DNA from: Thermoleophilia bacterium | GTDB lineage: Bacteria > Actinomycetota > Thermoleophilia > BMS3ABIN01 | Length of the DNA: 61,625 nucleotides | Direction: 5' to 3' | NCBI GenBank assembly: GCA_041660545.1 | Contig: JBAZWE010000003.1 | Span: 1-61,625, forward strand | The notes under the pieces: generated by a model | What the model was told of the DNA's origin: nothing | The model's input: the letters and a program-made list of their open reading frames with translations, nothing else | Databases searched by the model: none | Shown here: piece by piece, positions 21,088 to 29,613 of the stretch | Numbering within the stretch: the stretch's first letter is position 1 | Layout of the letters: each line of letters begins with the position of its first letter | Made by a program: the position numbers and the translations under genes

Positions 21088-21170
21088 ATCGTGCTCCTTC
21101 AGGAGCCTATATTTGCTGCATTTTACGGGTATTGAGGGGGTTTTAGGCATCAGCGCATCACCGATTTCTG

Positions 21171-22349
21171 GTGTTCATGCGTTATGGTGTTACGCCCCCA
21201 CTTTGTTACCATAAGAACCTGACACGGCCTGCAGGTTCAGGCTGTGTTCTTGCGACGGGGTCCGGCCGGACGTATACGGCTGTTTTCCGAAAGGAGATTC
21301 ACATCAGATTTCTTGCATATTTTGCCGGCTTCGGCGGGCGTGACATGGCTGTCGATTTAGGAACCGCCCACACACTCGTCTACGTACGAGGCAGAGGTAT
21401 AGTTTTAAGCGAACCCTCAGTGGTGGCGATCGATCAGCGGACCGGCGAGGTACACGCCGTCGGCGCCGAGGCAAAGCGCATGCTCGGCCGCACGCCCGGT
21501 TCGATCAGCGCCATCCGTCCGCTCAAGGACGGAGTCATCGCGGATTTTGACGTGACTGAGCAGATGCTCCGTCACTTTATACAGAAGGTCCACCAGAACC
21601 GGTGGGCGCATCCACGGGTTGTGGTTTGTGTCCCCTCGGGTGTTACGGGTGTGGAGAAGCGCGCGGTCGAGGAAGCAACGCTTTCGGCGGGCGCGCGTCT
21701 GTGCTACCTGATCGAGGAGCCCATGGCGGCGGCGATCGGCGCCGGTCTGCCGGTGAGCGAACCTACGGGTAACATGATCGTCGACATCGGCGGCGGCACC
21801 AGCGAGGTGGCTGTTATCTCTCTGGGCGGAATAGTCACCTCCCAGTCGATCCGTGTTGGTGGCGATGAGATGGACGAGGCCATAATGGCCTACGTAAAGA
21901 AAGAGTACAAGTTGATGATAGGAAGCCAGACGGCGGAGGAGCTCAAGCTGGAAATCGGCTCGGCTTATCCCCTGAAGGAAGAAGAGCAGGCCGAGATACG
22001 GGGTCGCGATCTCGTGACCGGTCTGCCCAAAACGATCGTTTTGACGTCGGAAGAGATACGGGGTGCGCTGGCGGAACCGGTGACGGCGATTATCGATGCT
22101 CTCAGGACCACGCTCGACAAGACTCCTCCAGAGCTCGCCAGCGACATTATGGACAGAGGCGTGATGCTGGCCGGTGGCGGTGCCCTGCTGCAGGGCCTGC
22201 CGGAGCGTCTTCGTGAGGAGACGGGCATGCCGATCCACCTGGCAGAGTCTCCCCTTACCTGTGTGGCAGTCGGCTCCGGCCGTTCGCTGGAGGAATTCGA
22301 AGCGCTGCATAAGTCCTCCCGTCACGCGAAGTCAAAACGCCGCTTTTAA
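21171..22349 (+). CDS. mreB: Rod shape-determining actin homologue MreB (start uncertain: 21171/21177, a non-canonical codon at 21297/21303, or ATG 21345)
   Basis: '[37 protein letters not shown]', '[13 protein letters not shown]' and '[11 protein letters not shown]' are MreB signatures. See the finding on the start codon. Confidence 0.95.
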   Translation: MFMRYGVTPPLCYHKNLTRPAGSGCVLATGSGRTYTAVFRKEIHIRFLAYFAGFGGRDMAVDLGTAHTLVYVRGRGIVLSEPSVVAIDQRTGEVHAVGAEAKRMLGRTPGSISAIRPLKDGVIADFDVTEQMLRHFIQKVHQNRWAHPRVVVCVPSGVTGVEKRAVEEATLSAGARLCYLIEEPMAAAIGAGLPVSEPTGNMIVDIGGGTSEVAVISLGGIVTSQSIRVGGDEMDEAIMAYVKKEYKLMIGSQTAEELKLEIGSAYPLKEEEQAEIRGRDLVTGLPKTIVLTSEEIRGALAEPVTAIIDALRTTLDKTPPELASDIMDRGVMLAGGGALLQGLPERLREETGMPIHLAESPLTCVAVGSGRSLEEFEALHKSSRHAKSKRRF

Positions 22350-22371
22350 GCTCGCAATCTAAGGTTTAATC

Positions 22372-23247
22372 TTGGCCCGCAAGACTGTAGTCAAACGTCA
22401 AGCGGTACTGGCGGTTCTGCTGCTGGTATCGATGGCAATGTTAACCTGGTATTTCCGCGAACCCGTGGGTGGCGTACTGCATTCCACGCAGCGCGGCGGT
22501 CTCAGGGTCATTTCTCCCCTGGAGTCAGGTGTATCGACGGTCGTCAGCCCCTTCAGGGACTCCTACAACTGGGTGACGGGTGTCTTCTCGGCGCAGGGAG
22601 AAAATGAGAGCCTGCGAATAGAGGCGGACCGTCTGCGCACAGAGGTGTTGTCCCTAAGGGAAGCGGATGCCGAGAACAAACGCCTCCGTGACCTGCTTGG
22701 TTTCATCAATCAGCCATCATTCCCCAGGGATTACAAAAACGTACCGTCGCGCGTCATCGGCCGGTCCGGTTCTTCCTGGAATGCGACTATCACCATCAAC
22801 AGGGGCAGCGACTCCGGTGTGGCTCTGGGTCAGACCGTGGTCAGCGGCCAGGGCCTGGTAGGGCAGATCTCCGCCGTCACCACCAATTCGTCGCAGGTGC
22901 TGCTTATCATCGATCACACCAGTCACGTTGAGGCCAAGTTACAGAACGGCGCTGCCTCGGGCACGGTCGTGGGCAGCATCAACGGCATGCTGGAGATGGA
23001 TTTTGTAGATAAGGATCAGAAGGTACTGAAGAACGACGCCGTTGTGACTTCTGGCACGGGTAAGCTGTTTGTCAAGGGAATACCGATAGGTGTCGTGGAC
23101 GAGGCAGCCGACCAGGAAGTCGAATATTTCAAGAGGATATCAATCACGCCCTTCGTGGACTTCGGCAGACTCGAAGAGGTGCTTGTGCTTATTCCTCCCG
23201 CCGGCACGGACGAAGCGCCACTGATGGCTGAGGGGGCGGGCAGTTGA
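22372..23247 (+). CDS. mreC: Rod shape-determining protein MreC
   Basis: N-terminal TM helix, a coiled-coil segment ('ENESLRIEADRLRTEVLSLREADAENKRLRDLL') and a beta-rich C-terminal domain ('VVTSGTGKLFVKGIPIGVV'). It lies between mreB and mreD. Confidence 0.88.
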   Translation: MARKTVVKRQAVLAVLLLVSMAMLTWYFREPVGGVLHSTQRGGLRVISPLESGVSTVVSPFRDSYNWVTGVFSAQGENESLRIEADRLRTEVLSLREADAENKRLRDLLGFINQPSFPRDYKNVPSRVIGRSGSSWNATITINRGSDSGVALGQTVVSGQGLVGQISAVTTNSSQVLLIIDHTSHVEAKLQNGAASGTVVGSINGMLEMDFVDKDQKVLKNDAVVTSGTGKLFVKGIPIGVVDEAADQEVEYFKRISITPFVDFGRLEEVLVLIPPAGTDEAPLMAEGAGS

Positions 23248-23879
23248 CCGCGCCAGCGATAAGGAAGCGTTCCCGCGCACGCCGCAAGCGTGCGCTGGTG
23301 AGGTTCAAGCGTCCGGGTACGAGTGTGCTGCAGCAAAACGCCGCGCCGACAGCTCCCGCCGCGCCCGACAGCCCCTGGTTCATGCTGCGGGTGTTTGCCA
23401 TACTCCTTCTGGCCGTGGTCGTGCAGACCACGGTTGCTCCCTTTTTGACGGTTCTGGGCGCAAAACCCGATGTGGCCCTGGTGATCGTCGTCTGCCTTGC
23501 CATGATGCGCGGGCCTGTCCTGGGAGCGATAGTAGGATTTTCGACCGGACTGTTGATCGACGTCGCCCTGGTTCAGACGCTGGGCATCTCATCATTCCTT
23601 TTCACGCTGGCCGGATATTTCAGCGGCCGCTACGCTGAGGGCGTCGACCTCGATTCCTGGTTCCCGCCTCTGATAACCGTTTTCATCTCCAGCCTGGTCG
23701 TCCAGTTGCTCAACACCGTGATCATGTTCCTGCTGGGTGTTCAGGCATCGGCCGGTTTCATTCTCCTGCGCGTCGTTCTTCCTTCGGCGTTTATCAATGC
23801 ATTGCTAGCGGCTCCCGTTTTTATCGTCTGCCGCTGGTGGCTGGGAGGTGACCGCAAGGATGCCCTCTTTACTAAGTAG
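23244..23879 (+). CDS. mreD: Rod shape-determining protein MreD (possibly starting at ATG 23382)
   Basis: Small polytopic membrane protein with about 5 hydrophobic helices, located between mreC and the PBP2 gene. The Arg-rich first 46 codons may not be translated. The TTG at 23244 overlaps the mreC stop. Confidence 0.7.
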   Translation: MTAPAIRKRSRARRKRALVRFKRPGTSVLQQNAAPTAPAAPDSPWFMLRVFAILLLAVVVQTTVAPFLTVLGAKPDVALVIVVCLAMMRGPVLGAIVGFSTGLLIDVALVQTLGISSFLFTLAGYFSGRYAEGVDLDSWFPPLITVFISSLVVQLLNTVIMFLLGVQASAGFILLRVVLPSAFINALLAAPVFIVCRWWLGGDRKDALFTK

Positions 23880-25755
23880 CAGCAGCAAGAAAAAGAATGA
23901 GCGCAAGCAGCCGTCGGTCGCTATGCGCGTAGGCATCATGGGCGTGATGGCCATACTGCTGCTTGCCATACTGCTCTTCAGGATCTGGTTTTTGCAGATC
24001 CTTTCGGGAGATACATATATCGCCATGGCCGAGGATAACCGCATACGCTTCATCCCCGAGGAGGCGCCGCGCGGGATCATCTACGACCGTAACAGGCAGC
24101 CTCTGGTGGAGAACCGGGCGGGCCTTGCGGTAACAGTCTTTCCGGCGGCGCTCAAGGATCCCGAAAAAGAGCTGGCGGAGTTGAGCAAGGTGATCCAGGT
24201 GCCCGTGGAGGAGATACAGAAACAGCTTGATCTTCATAAGGAAGATACATACCGTTCGGTGGTAGTAAAGAAAGATATAACCCCGGAGATGAAAAGCTAT
24301 CTCATCGAGCGCATACCGCTGTATTTTCCCGGTGTCGATATCAAAAAGTTCCCGTTACGCAGCTATCCCTTAAAAACCGAGGGCGCGCACCTGCTGGGTC
24401 ACGTGGGGCAGATAGACGAGCAGGAGCTGACAGAGCCGCGTTATGTGGGTTACAAACTGGGTGACGAGATCGGCAAGGAAGGGGTCGAGTACGAGTTCGA
24501 TCGTTTCCTGAAGGGTGTCGATGGCGGAAGTGAGGTCGAGGTCGATGCCGCCGGGCGTCCGAAGGTAGAGGTCAGAAGCATCAAGGCGCAGCCCGGCAAT
24601 AACGTGGTGCTCACCATCGACAACAAGCTTCAGAAGGCCACCGAGGACAGTCTTCTTTACGGAATCGACCTGGCCCACCAGAAGAATTATCTGGCGGCCA
24701 ACGGCGGCGCGGCCGTGGTCATGAATCCCAAGAACGGCGAGATTTACGCGATGGCCAGCTGGCCCAACTACGATCCCACGGTCTGGGTCGGCGGTGTCAG
24801 CGACAGCGCCTATCAGGCTCTCAACGCCGAGGGCGCCAACGATCCGCTCCTGAACCGGGCGATCGCCGGACAGTATCCACCGGCTTCGACTTTCAAGTCA
24901 GTGACCGCCATCGCCGGCCTGCAGGACGGCATCATATCGCCGCTGTCTGATTTCACCTGCACCGGCGTCTGGGATGTACTCTCACAGCCATTCAAATGCT
25001 GGGGTTCGCACGGTGACGTTGATCTCAATCGGGCCATCACCATGTCATGCGATACATATTTTTATAACGTCGGATATCGTTTCTATAAGGCCAACAGCCA
25101 GGGAATGCAGAACTGGGCCCGCACGATGGGCCTTGGGCGCGAGACGGGCATCGACCTGCCCGGAGAGGCCGTCGGGCGTATCCCCGATCCGGAGTGGAAA
25201 GCCCGGGTGGGGGAGACCGACATCGACAGGATGTGGATGCCGGGCAACAGCGTCAACATGGCGATCGGACAGGGTGACATGCTCGTCACACCAATTCAGC
25301 TGGCTTCGGTATATTCGACGATCGCCAACGGCGGCCGGATCGTCAAGCCTCACACAGGCTTAAGGGTGGAGGATCCGGTCAGCGATACGCCGATTGCCGC
25401 ATATCGTCCGCCGGATGAATCTACCCAGCTGGGGATATCCCTGGAGAATTTAAGAGCGGTTCAGGGCGGACTGGTCGGAGCCACGGCACAAGGTACAACC
25501 GTCGGTGACACTTTTGTCGGATTTCCCATACCGTTCGCCGGCAAGACCGGTACCGCGCAGGTCGCCGGCAAGACCGATTACGCCTGGTATGCGGCCTACG
25601 CGCCGGCAAACGATCCACAGGTGGTAGTTGTCGTCCTCATCGAGCAGGGTGGCGGCGGCGGCGCCGTGGCAGCGCCTGTAGCACGCAAGATACTCGAGGC
25701 ATATTTCGCTGCACCAGTTCCAGCGCAACCGGCGGCCGCTGCCGCGGGCAGATAA
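23848..25755 (+). CDS. mrdA: Penicillin-binding protein 2 (elongasome transpeptidase); likely start ATG 23860
   Basis: N-terminal TM anchor, PBP dimerisation domain, then transpeptidase motifs SxxK 'PPASTFKSVTA' and KTG 'GKTGTAQV'. It sits between mreD and rodA. Confidence 0.92.
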   Translation: MTARMPSLLSSSSKKKNERKQPSVAMRVGIMGVMAILLLAILLFRIWFLQILSGDTYIAMAEDNRIRFIPEEAPRGIIYDRNRQPLVENRAGLAVTVFPAALKDPEKELAELSKVIQVPVEEIQKQLDLHKEDTYRSVVVKKDITPEMKSYLIERIPLYFPGVDIKKFPLRSYPLKTEGAHLLGHVGQIDEQELTEPRYVGYKLGDEIGKEGVEYEFDRFLKGVDGGSEVEVDAAGRPKVEVRSIKAQPGNNVVLTIDNKLQKATEDSLLYGIDLAHQKNYLAANGGAAVVMNPKNGEIYAMASWPNYDPTVWVGGVSDSAYQALNAEGANDPLLNRAIAGQYPPASTFKSVTAIAGLQDGIISPLSDFTCTGVWDVLSQPFKCWGSHGDVDLNRAITMSCDTYFYNVGYRFYKANSQGMQNWARTMGLGRETGIDLPGEAVGRIPDPEWKARVGETDIDRMWMPGNSVNMAIGQGDMLVTPIQLASVYSTIANGGRIVKPHTGLRVEDPVSDTPIAAYRPPDESTQLGISLENLRAVQGGLVGATAQGTTVGDTFVGFPIPFAGKTGTAQVAGKTDYAWYAAYAPANDPQVVVVVLIEQGGGGGAVAAPVARKILEAYFAAPVPAQPAAAAAGR

Positions 25756-25767
25756 GAGGCCGGACAC

Positions 25768-26928
25768 ATGGAGATAAGGACTTACCTGAGGCATTTTGAT
25801 TACGCGCTGCTGGCCGCCGTGGCAGGACTGGTCGGTTATGGCATGCTCATTATCTACAGCGCGACGCACTCCGATCCAAATCTTCCGAGCCCGTACTATT
25901 ATGTAAAAGCGCAGGGCATGGCGGCCATCATGGGCTCGGTGCTTATGATCGCGCTTGCCTTTATTGATTTCAGGGGCTTAAGGAACTACCGGCACCATAT
26001 ATTCTTCGCGATCATCGGGCTGATCCTGGTAGTGTTTATCGTGGGAAGCGAGGCCAAGGGATCACAGCGCTGGATCGATCTTGGTTTCTTCAACCTGCAG
26101 CCTTCCGAGGTCGCCAAGATCGGCATGATCGTTGTTCTTGCGGCCTTTCTGGCCGGCAGGCAAAGGGGTGACCTGGAAGGCCAGACAACGGTTCTGACCC
26201 TGATCTATGCCGCTGTCCCCACCTTCATGGTCTTCATCCAGCCTGATTTCGGCACAGCCCTGGTCCTGGCCGCGGTGACCATGTCTCTTCTTTTTATATA
26301 CGGCACCCGCTGGTCGCATTTTGCGATCATCATCTCATCCATAACCGCGGTTCTCTTTCTGGTTATCCAGGTCCTGCCGATCATCGGCATCCAGATACTG
26401 AAGCCCTATCAGATTGACCGCCTGCTGGTGTTCCTGCACCCGGACCACGACCCTGGCGGCTCCGGTTACCACCTGCTGCAATCGAAGATCGCGATCGGCT
26501 CGGGCATGATGACCGGCAAGGGCCTCTATCAGGGAACGCAGACCCAGCTTAATTTTCTGCCGGAGCATCATACGGATTTTGTTTTCTCGGTCCTCGGAGA
26601 GGAACTGGGATTCATCGGGGTGGCGCTACTGATGGCCCTTTACATTCTGGTTATATGGAGGGGATTGAGGATCGCCATCATTTCCGAGAGCCTGTTCGGC
26701 AGCCTGATAGCCGGTGGCATACTAAGTATGCTGCTCTTTCAGGTTTTTGTTAACATTGGCATGACCATCGGCATTATGCCCATCACCGGCATACCACTTC
26801 CTTTCGTCAGCTACGGGGGAAGCTCCATGGTTACCAATTTACTTGCCATCGGACTGCTGGAAAGCATTCACGTGCGCAGCCGTCTTATGGGAGACAGGAG
26901 GTACAGACGTGCCCAAACTACCGCTTAG
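25768..26928 (+). CDS. rodA: SEDS-family peptidoglycan polymerase RodA
   Basis: Ten-TM FtsW/RodA/SpoVE pattern with 'LQPSEVAKIGMIV' and 'LPEHHTDFVFSVLGEELGFIG'. It follows mrdA. Confidence 0.93.
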   Translation: MEIRTYLRHFDYALLAAVAGLVGYGMLIIYSATHSDPNLPSPYYYVKAQGMAAIMGSVLMIALAFIDFRGLRNYRHHIFFAIIGLILVVFIVGSEAKGSQRWIDLGFFNLQPSEVAKIGMIVVLAAFLAGRQRGDLEGQTTVLTLIYAAVPTFMVFIQPDFGTALVLAAVTMSLLFIYGTRWSHFAIIISSITAVLFLVIQVLPIIGIQILKPYQIDRLLVFLHPDHDPGGSGYHLLQSKIAIGSGMMTGKGLYQGTQTQLNFLPEHHTDFVFSVLGEELGFIGVALLMALYILVIWRGLRIAIISESLFGSLIAGGILSMLLFQVFVNIGMTIGIMPITGIPLPFVSYGGSSMVTNLLAIGLLESIHVRSRLMGDRRYRRAQTTA

Positions 26929-27805
26929 CCCGATGAAGGTTTATTCGGCGGTCAACGAGGTCCGCGATCAAAGCGAGGGTTCCGTGAAGCTGCTTATCGC
27001 CGGATCCGACAGTGAGGCGATGGCCGCGGTCAAGAGTGCGCTGGCCTTGGGTTCCGATCCCCGGCTGGAAGAGAGCATACTGCAAATCATGCAACTGGGC
27101 GAAGACGAGGCTCTGGCGGGCAGCTCGCTCAGGAACCGTGAAGGCGTAATCATTCTCATTGCCTCGCCAGCCGAGCTATCGTCCGATGTCTTCAACAGCC
27201 GTCTTGCTGATGCGGGAAAGAACGATCTGCCTGCGGTTGTCGTGCTCACCGAGGCTCCCGGTATAGAGTTGTCATTTCCGGGTGTAGGGCCCAGCCGCGT
27301 GGTCGGTATGGCGCCAGGCGCCCTGGTTCCGGCCGATCTGCTGATAGCGGCGGTTGTAGATGCCGCAGGGGACGCAGCCGTGGCGCTGGCGGCGAAACTG
27401 CCGGCCTTAAGGCAGGAGACCTGTCGTGGCATTATCAACCGCACGGCGCGGCAGAACGCCGTCGTAGGGGCTCTTTTCATAATTCCCGGCGCCGACATGC
27501 CCGTGATGACGATGAACGAAGCCCGCATGGTTTTACGCATAGCAGCCGCTCACGGCGAACCGGTGGGCACGGAGCGCGCGCTTGAGCTTCTCGGTGTTGT
27601 CGGCAGCGGTCTCGGCCTCAGGGCGATTGCCCGCCAGCTATTGGATTTTATGCCCGGCCCCGGCTGGGTGATCAAGAGCGGTATCGCATGGAGCGGTACG
27701 CGCGCATTGGGAAAAACAGCCAGTACATACTTCAACGGTTCGGTGCGAGTGACGCCATCGCGACTGGCCCCGCTGGTGGATAAACTGAAAAAGCTAAGGG
27801 GATAG
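26909..27805 (+). CDS. Hypothetical protein: degenerate (P-loop-less) GTPase-like N-domain plus DUF697-like C-domain
   Basis: GTG at 26909 lies 7 nt after AGGAGG and overlaps the rodA 3' end by 20 nt. The C-terminal half ('NAVVGALFIIPGADMPVMTMNEARMVLRIAAAHGEP...LDFMPGPGWVIKSGIAWSGTRALGKTASTYF') matches my recollection of the DUF697 pattern. The N-terminal half has alternating beta/alpha character ('KLLIAGSDSE', 'VIILIASP', 'AVVVLTE') but no GxxxxGK[ST]. Confidence 0.55.
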   Translation: MPKLPLSPMKVYSAVNEVRDQSEGSVKLLIAGSDSEAMAAVKSALALGSDPRLEESILQIMQLGEDEALAGSSLRNREGVIILIASPAELSSDVFNSRLADAGKNDLPAVVVLTEAPGIELSFPGVGPSRVVGMAPGALVPADLLIAAVVDAAGDAAVALAAKLPALRQETCRGIINRTARQNAVVGALFIIPGADMPVMTMNEARMVLRIAAAHGEPVGTERALELLGVVGSGLGLRAIARQLLDFMPGPGWVIKSGIAWSGTRALGKTASTYFNGSVRVTPSRLAPLVDKLKKLRG

Positions 27806-27849
27806 CGGCCGCCGCGACCTCCCGGGTTCGAACCCCGGCGAAGGATGAT

Positions 27850-29604
27850 TTGGAAACAAGAATAGAATCTCTGCTGGAACACGTTGAAAAGCCGGCCCGG
27901 TATATCGGCGGCGAGGTAGGCAGCGTCGTCAAGGATGATTATTCCCTGCGCGTCGTACTGAGCTACCCCGATGTTTACGAGATCGGCACCGCCAACCAGG
28001 CGGTCCAGATCATCTACTCGCTTATCAACAGCCACACCGGCGCCTGGGCCGAGCGCGCCTACTGTCCGTGGCCCGACATGTCCGGGCTGATGCGGGCCGA
28101 GGGCGTACCCCTGTTTTCCCTGGAGAGCTGGAAACCGGTGCGTGAGGCCGACTTCTGGGGAATCACCCTCCAGCACGAGCTAACTTATACGAACATCCTC
28201 GAGATGCTCGATCTGGCGGGAGTGCCGCTTCGTTACCAGGACCGCACCGATGATGACCCGCTTGTCTTCGCCGGCGGACCGTGCGCCAGCAACCCGCATC
28301 CGATCGCGGCTTTCTTCGATTTTATCCTCATCGGCGACGGTGAGCAGGTTATGCCCGGGCTGATACGGTTGTGTGAGCAGGAGAAGGGGAAACCCCGCAG
28401 GGAACTTCTCGAAAAACTGTCCCGGATGGAAGGGGTCTTCGTCCCGGCATTTCCCCGTAAGGTTACGCGGGCGGTGGCGGATGTGCTCGATTACGAGCTG
28501 ATCCCCGTGCGGCCGATCGTGCCTTCCATGCATTCTGTACACGACCGGGCAGCGCTTGAGATCATGCGAGGTTGCACCCGCGGCTGCCGTTTCTGCATGG
28601 CGGGCAACTGGTACCGTCCCGTGCGTGAAAGGCCGATGGAGGACGTGTGCCGCGCCGTAAAGGCGATGGTGGCCGGCACCGGCTACGAGGAAGCCTCGCT
28701 CAGTTCTCTTTCCACGACCGATTACAGTGCCATCCAGGAGACTCTTGCCGCCCTGGCGCAATCGAATCCGAACCTCACCATATCGCTGCCTTCGCTGCGG
28801 GTCGATCCCGCGGCTATCAAGCTGCTCGGTCTGACGTCACAGCGCAAGGGATCGATCACACTCGCTCCCGAGGCCGGCAGTCAGCGGCTGCGTGACGTCA
28901 TCAACAAGCAGGTGACCGGTGATGACATCCAGGAGGCCATAACGGAGGCATTCCGCGGTGGCCGGACTACGGTCAAGCTATATTTCATGATCGGTCTTCC
29001 GACGGAGACAGAGGCCGACCTGCAGGGGATAATCGACATAGCCACGACTGCGAGGCGCATCGGACGCAGCGAGGCCGCCAGTGCCGGGCGGGTGCAGATA
29101 AACATCAGCGTCGCCAGCTTCGTGCCCAAGGCGCATACGCCGTTTCAGTGGTTTGGCATGCACGGCCGCGAGGAGCTTGAAAAGAAACAGGAATTCCTGC
29201 GGCGCAACATGCCCCGCAAACAGATCAAGTTGAGTGTCCACGATCTTATGCCGGGCATGGTGGAGAGCGCGATTGCCCGGGGGCGGGACGTAACCGCCGA
29301 TGCGATAGAAGCCGCATGGAGGGCCGGAGCCGGTTTCGACGCCTGGACCGAGAAGTTCGACTTTACCGCCTGGGAAAAAGGCTTTGCCGCAATTGGCAGC
29401 ACGGTCGAGCAGGAAGCGACCCGTTCCTTTACACTCGACGCCGATTTGCCCTGGGATGATATCGACTCCCGGGTGGACAAGGACTTCCTCGTCGAGGAGA
29501 AGAAAAGAGCCGAGCGCGCACAAGTGACGCTCGACTGCCGCTGGGGAGACTGCACCGACTGCGGTGTCTGCGAGGGCGACATCCGGATGACCACATGCAA
29601 ATGA
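27850..29604 (+). CDS. Radical SAM protein (B12-binding-like N-domain; TIGR03960-type, uncharacterised)
   Basis: 'LLEHVEKPARYIGGE' N-terminus and the Fe-S cluster motif 'MRGCTRGCRFCMAG'. It lies immediately upstream of a DUF2344-type gene and rne/rng, a conserved neighbourhood. Confidence 0.85.
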   Translation: METRIESLLEHVEKPARYIGGEVGSVVKDDYSLRVVLSYPDVYEIGTANQAVQIIYSLINSHTGAWAERAYCPWPDMSGLMRAEGVPLFSLESWKPVREADFWGITLQHELTYTNILEMLDLAGVPLRYQDRTDDDPLVFAGGPCASNPHPIAAFFDFILIGDGEQVMPGLIRLCEQEKGKPRRELLEKLSRMEGVFVPAFPRKVTRAVADVLDYELIPVRPIVPSMHSVHDRAALEIMRGCTRGCRFCMAGNWYRPVRERPMEDVCRAVKAMVAGTGYEEASLSSLSTTDYSAIQETLAALAQSNPNLTISLPSLRVDPAAIKLLGLTSQRKGSITLAPEAGSQRLRDVINKQVTGDDIQEAITEAFRGGRTTVKLYFMIGLPTETEADLQGIIDIATTARRIGRSEAASAGRVQINISVASFVPKAHTPFQWFGMHGREELEKKQEFLRRNMPRKQIKLSVHDLMPGMVESAIARGRDVTADAIEAAWRAGAGFDAWTEKFDFTAWEKGFAAIGSTVEQEATRSFTLDADLPWDDIDSRVDKDFLVEEKKRAERAQVTLDCRWGDCTDCGVCEGDIRMTTCK

Positions 29605-29613
29605 GATGACAAC

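Noticed and set aside
21171-21296. Treating the 42 codons upstream of the AAGGAG as a genuine N-terminal domain of MreB.
   Set aside because: The translation ('[42 protein letters not shown]') has no MreB or other family character. The SD sits at its 3' end, and the stretch overlaps predicted 5'-UTR hairpins. I kept it only as one alternative in the start-codon finding.
27822-27846. A tRNA-like T-arm (CCGGG-TTCGAAC-CCCGG followed by a 7-nt acceptor-like stretch) in the 44-nt gap before the radical SAM gene. It could be a tRNA gene or the att-site remnant of an integrated element.
   Set aside because: There is no matching 5' acceptor strand (TCCTTCG), D-arm or anticodon arm in the preceding 60 nt, which are the coding 3' end of the DUF697-like gene. 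No integrase or other mobile-element gene is nearby. It is most simply a short hairpin.
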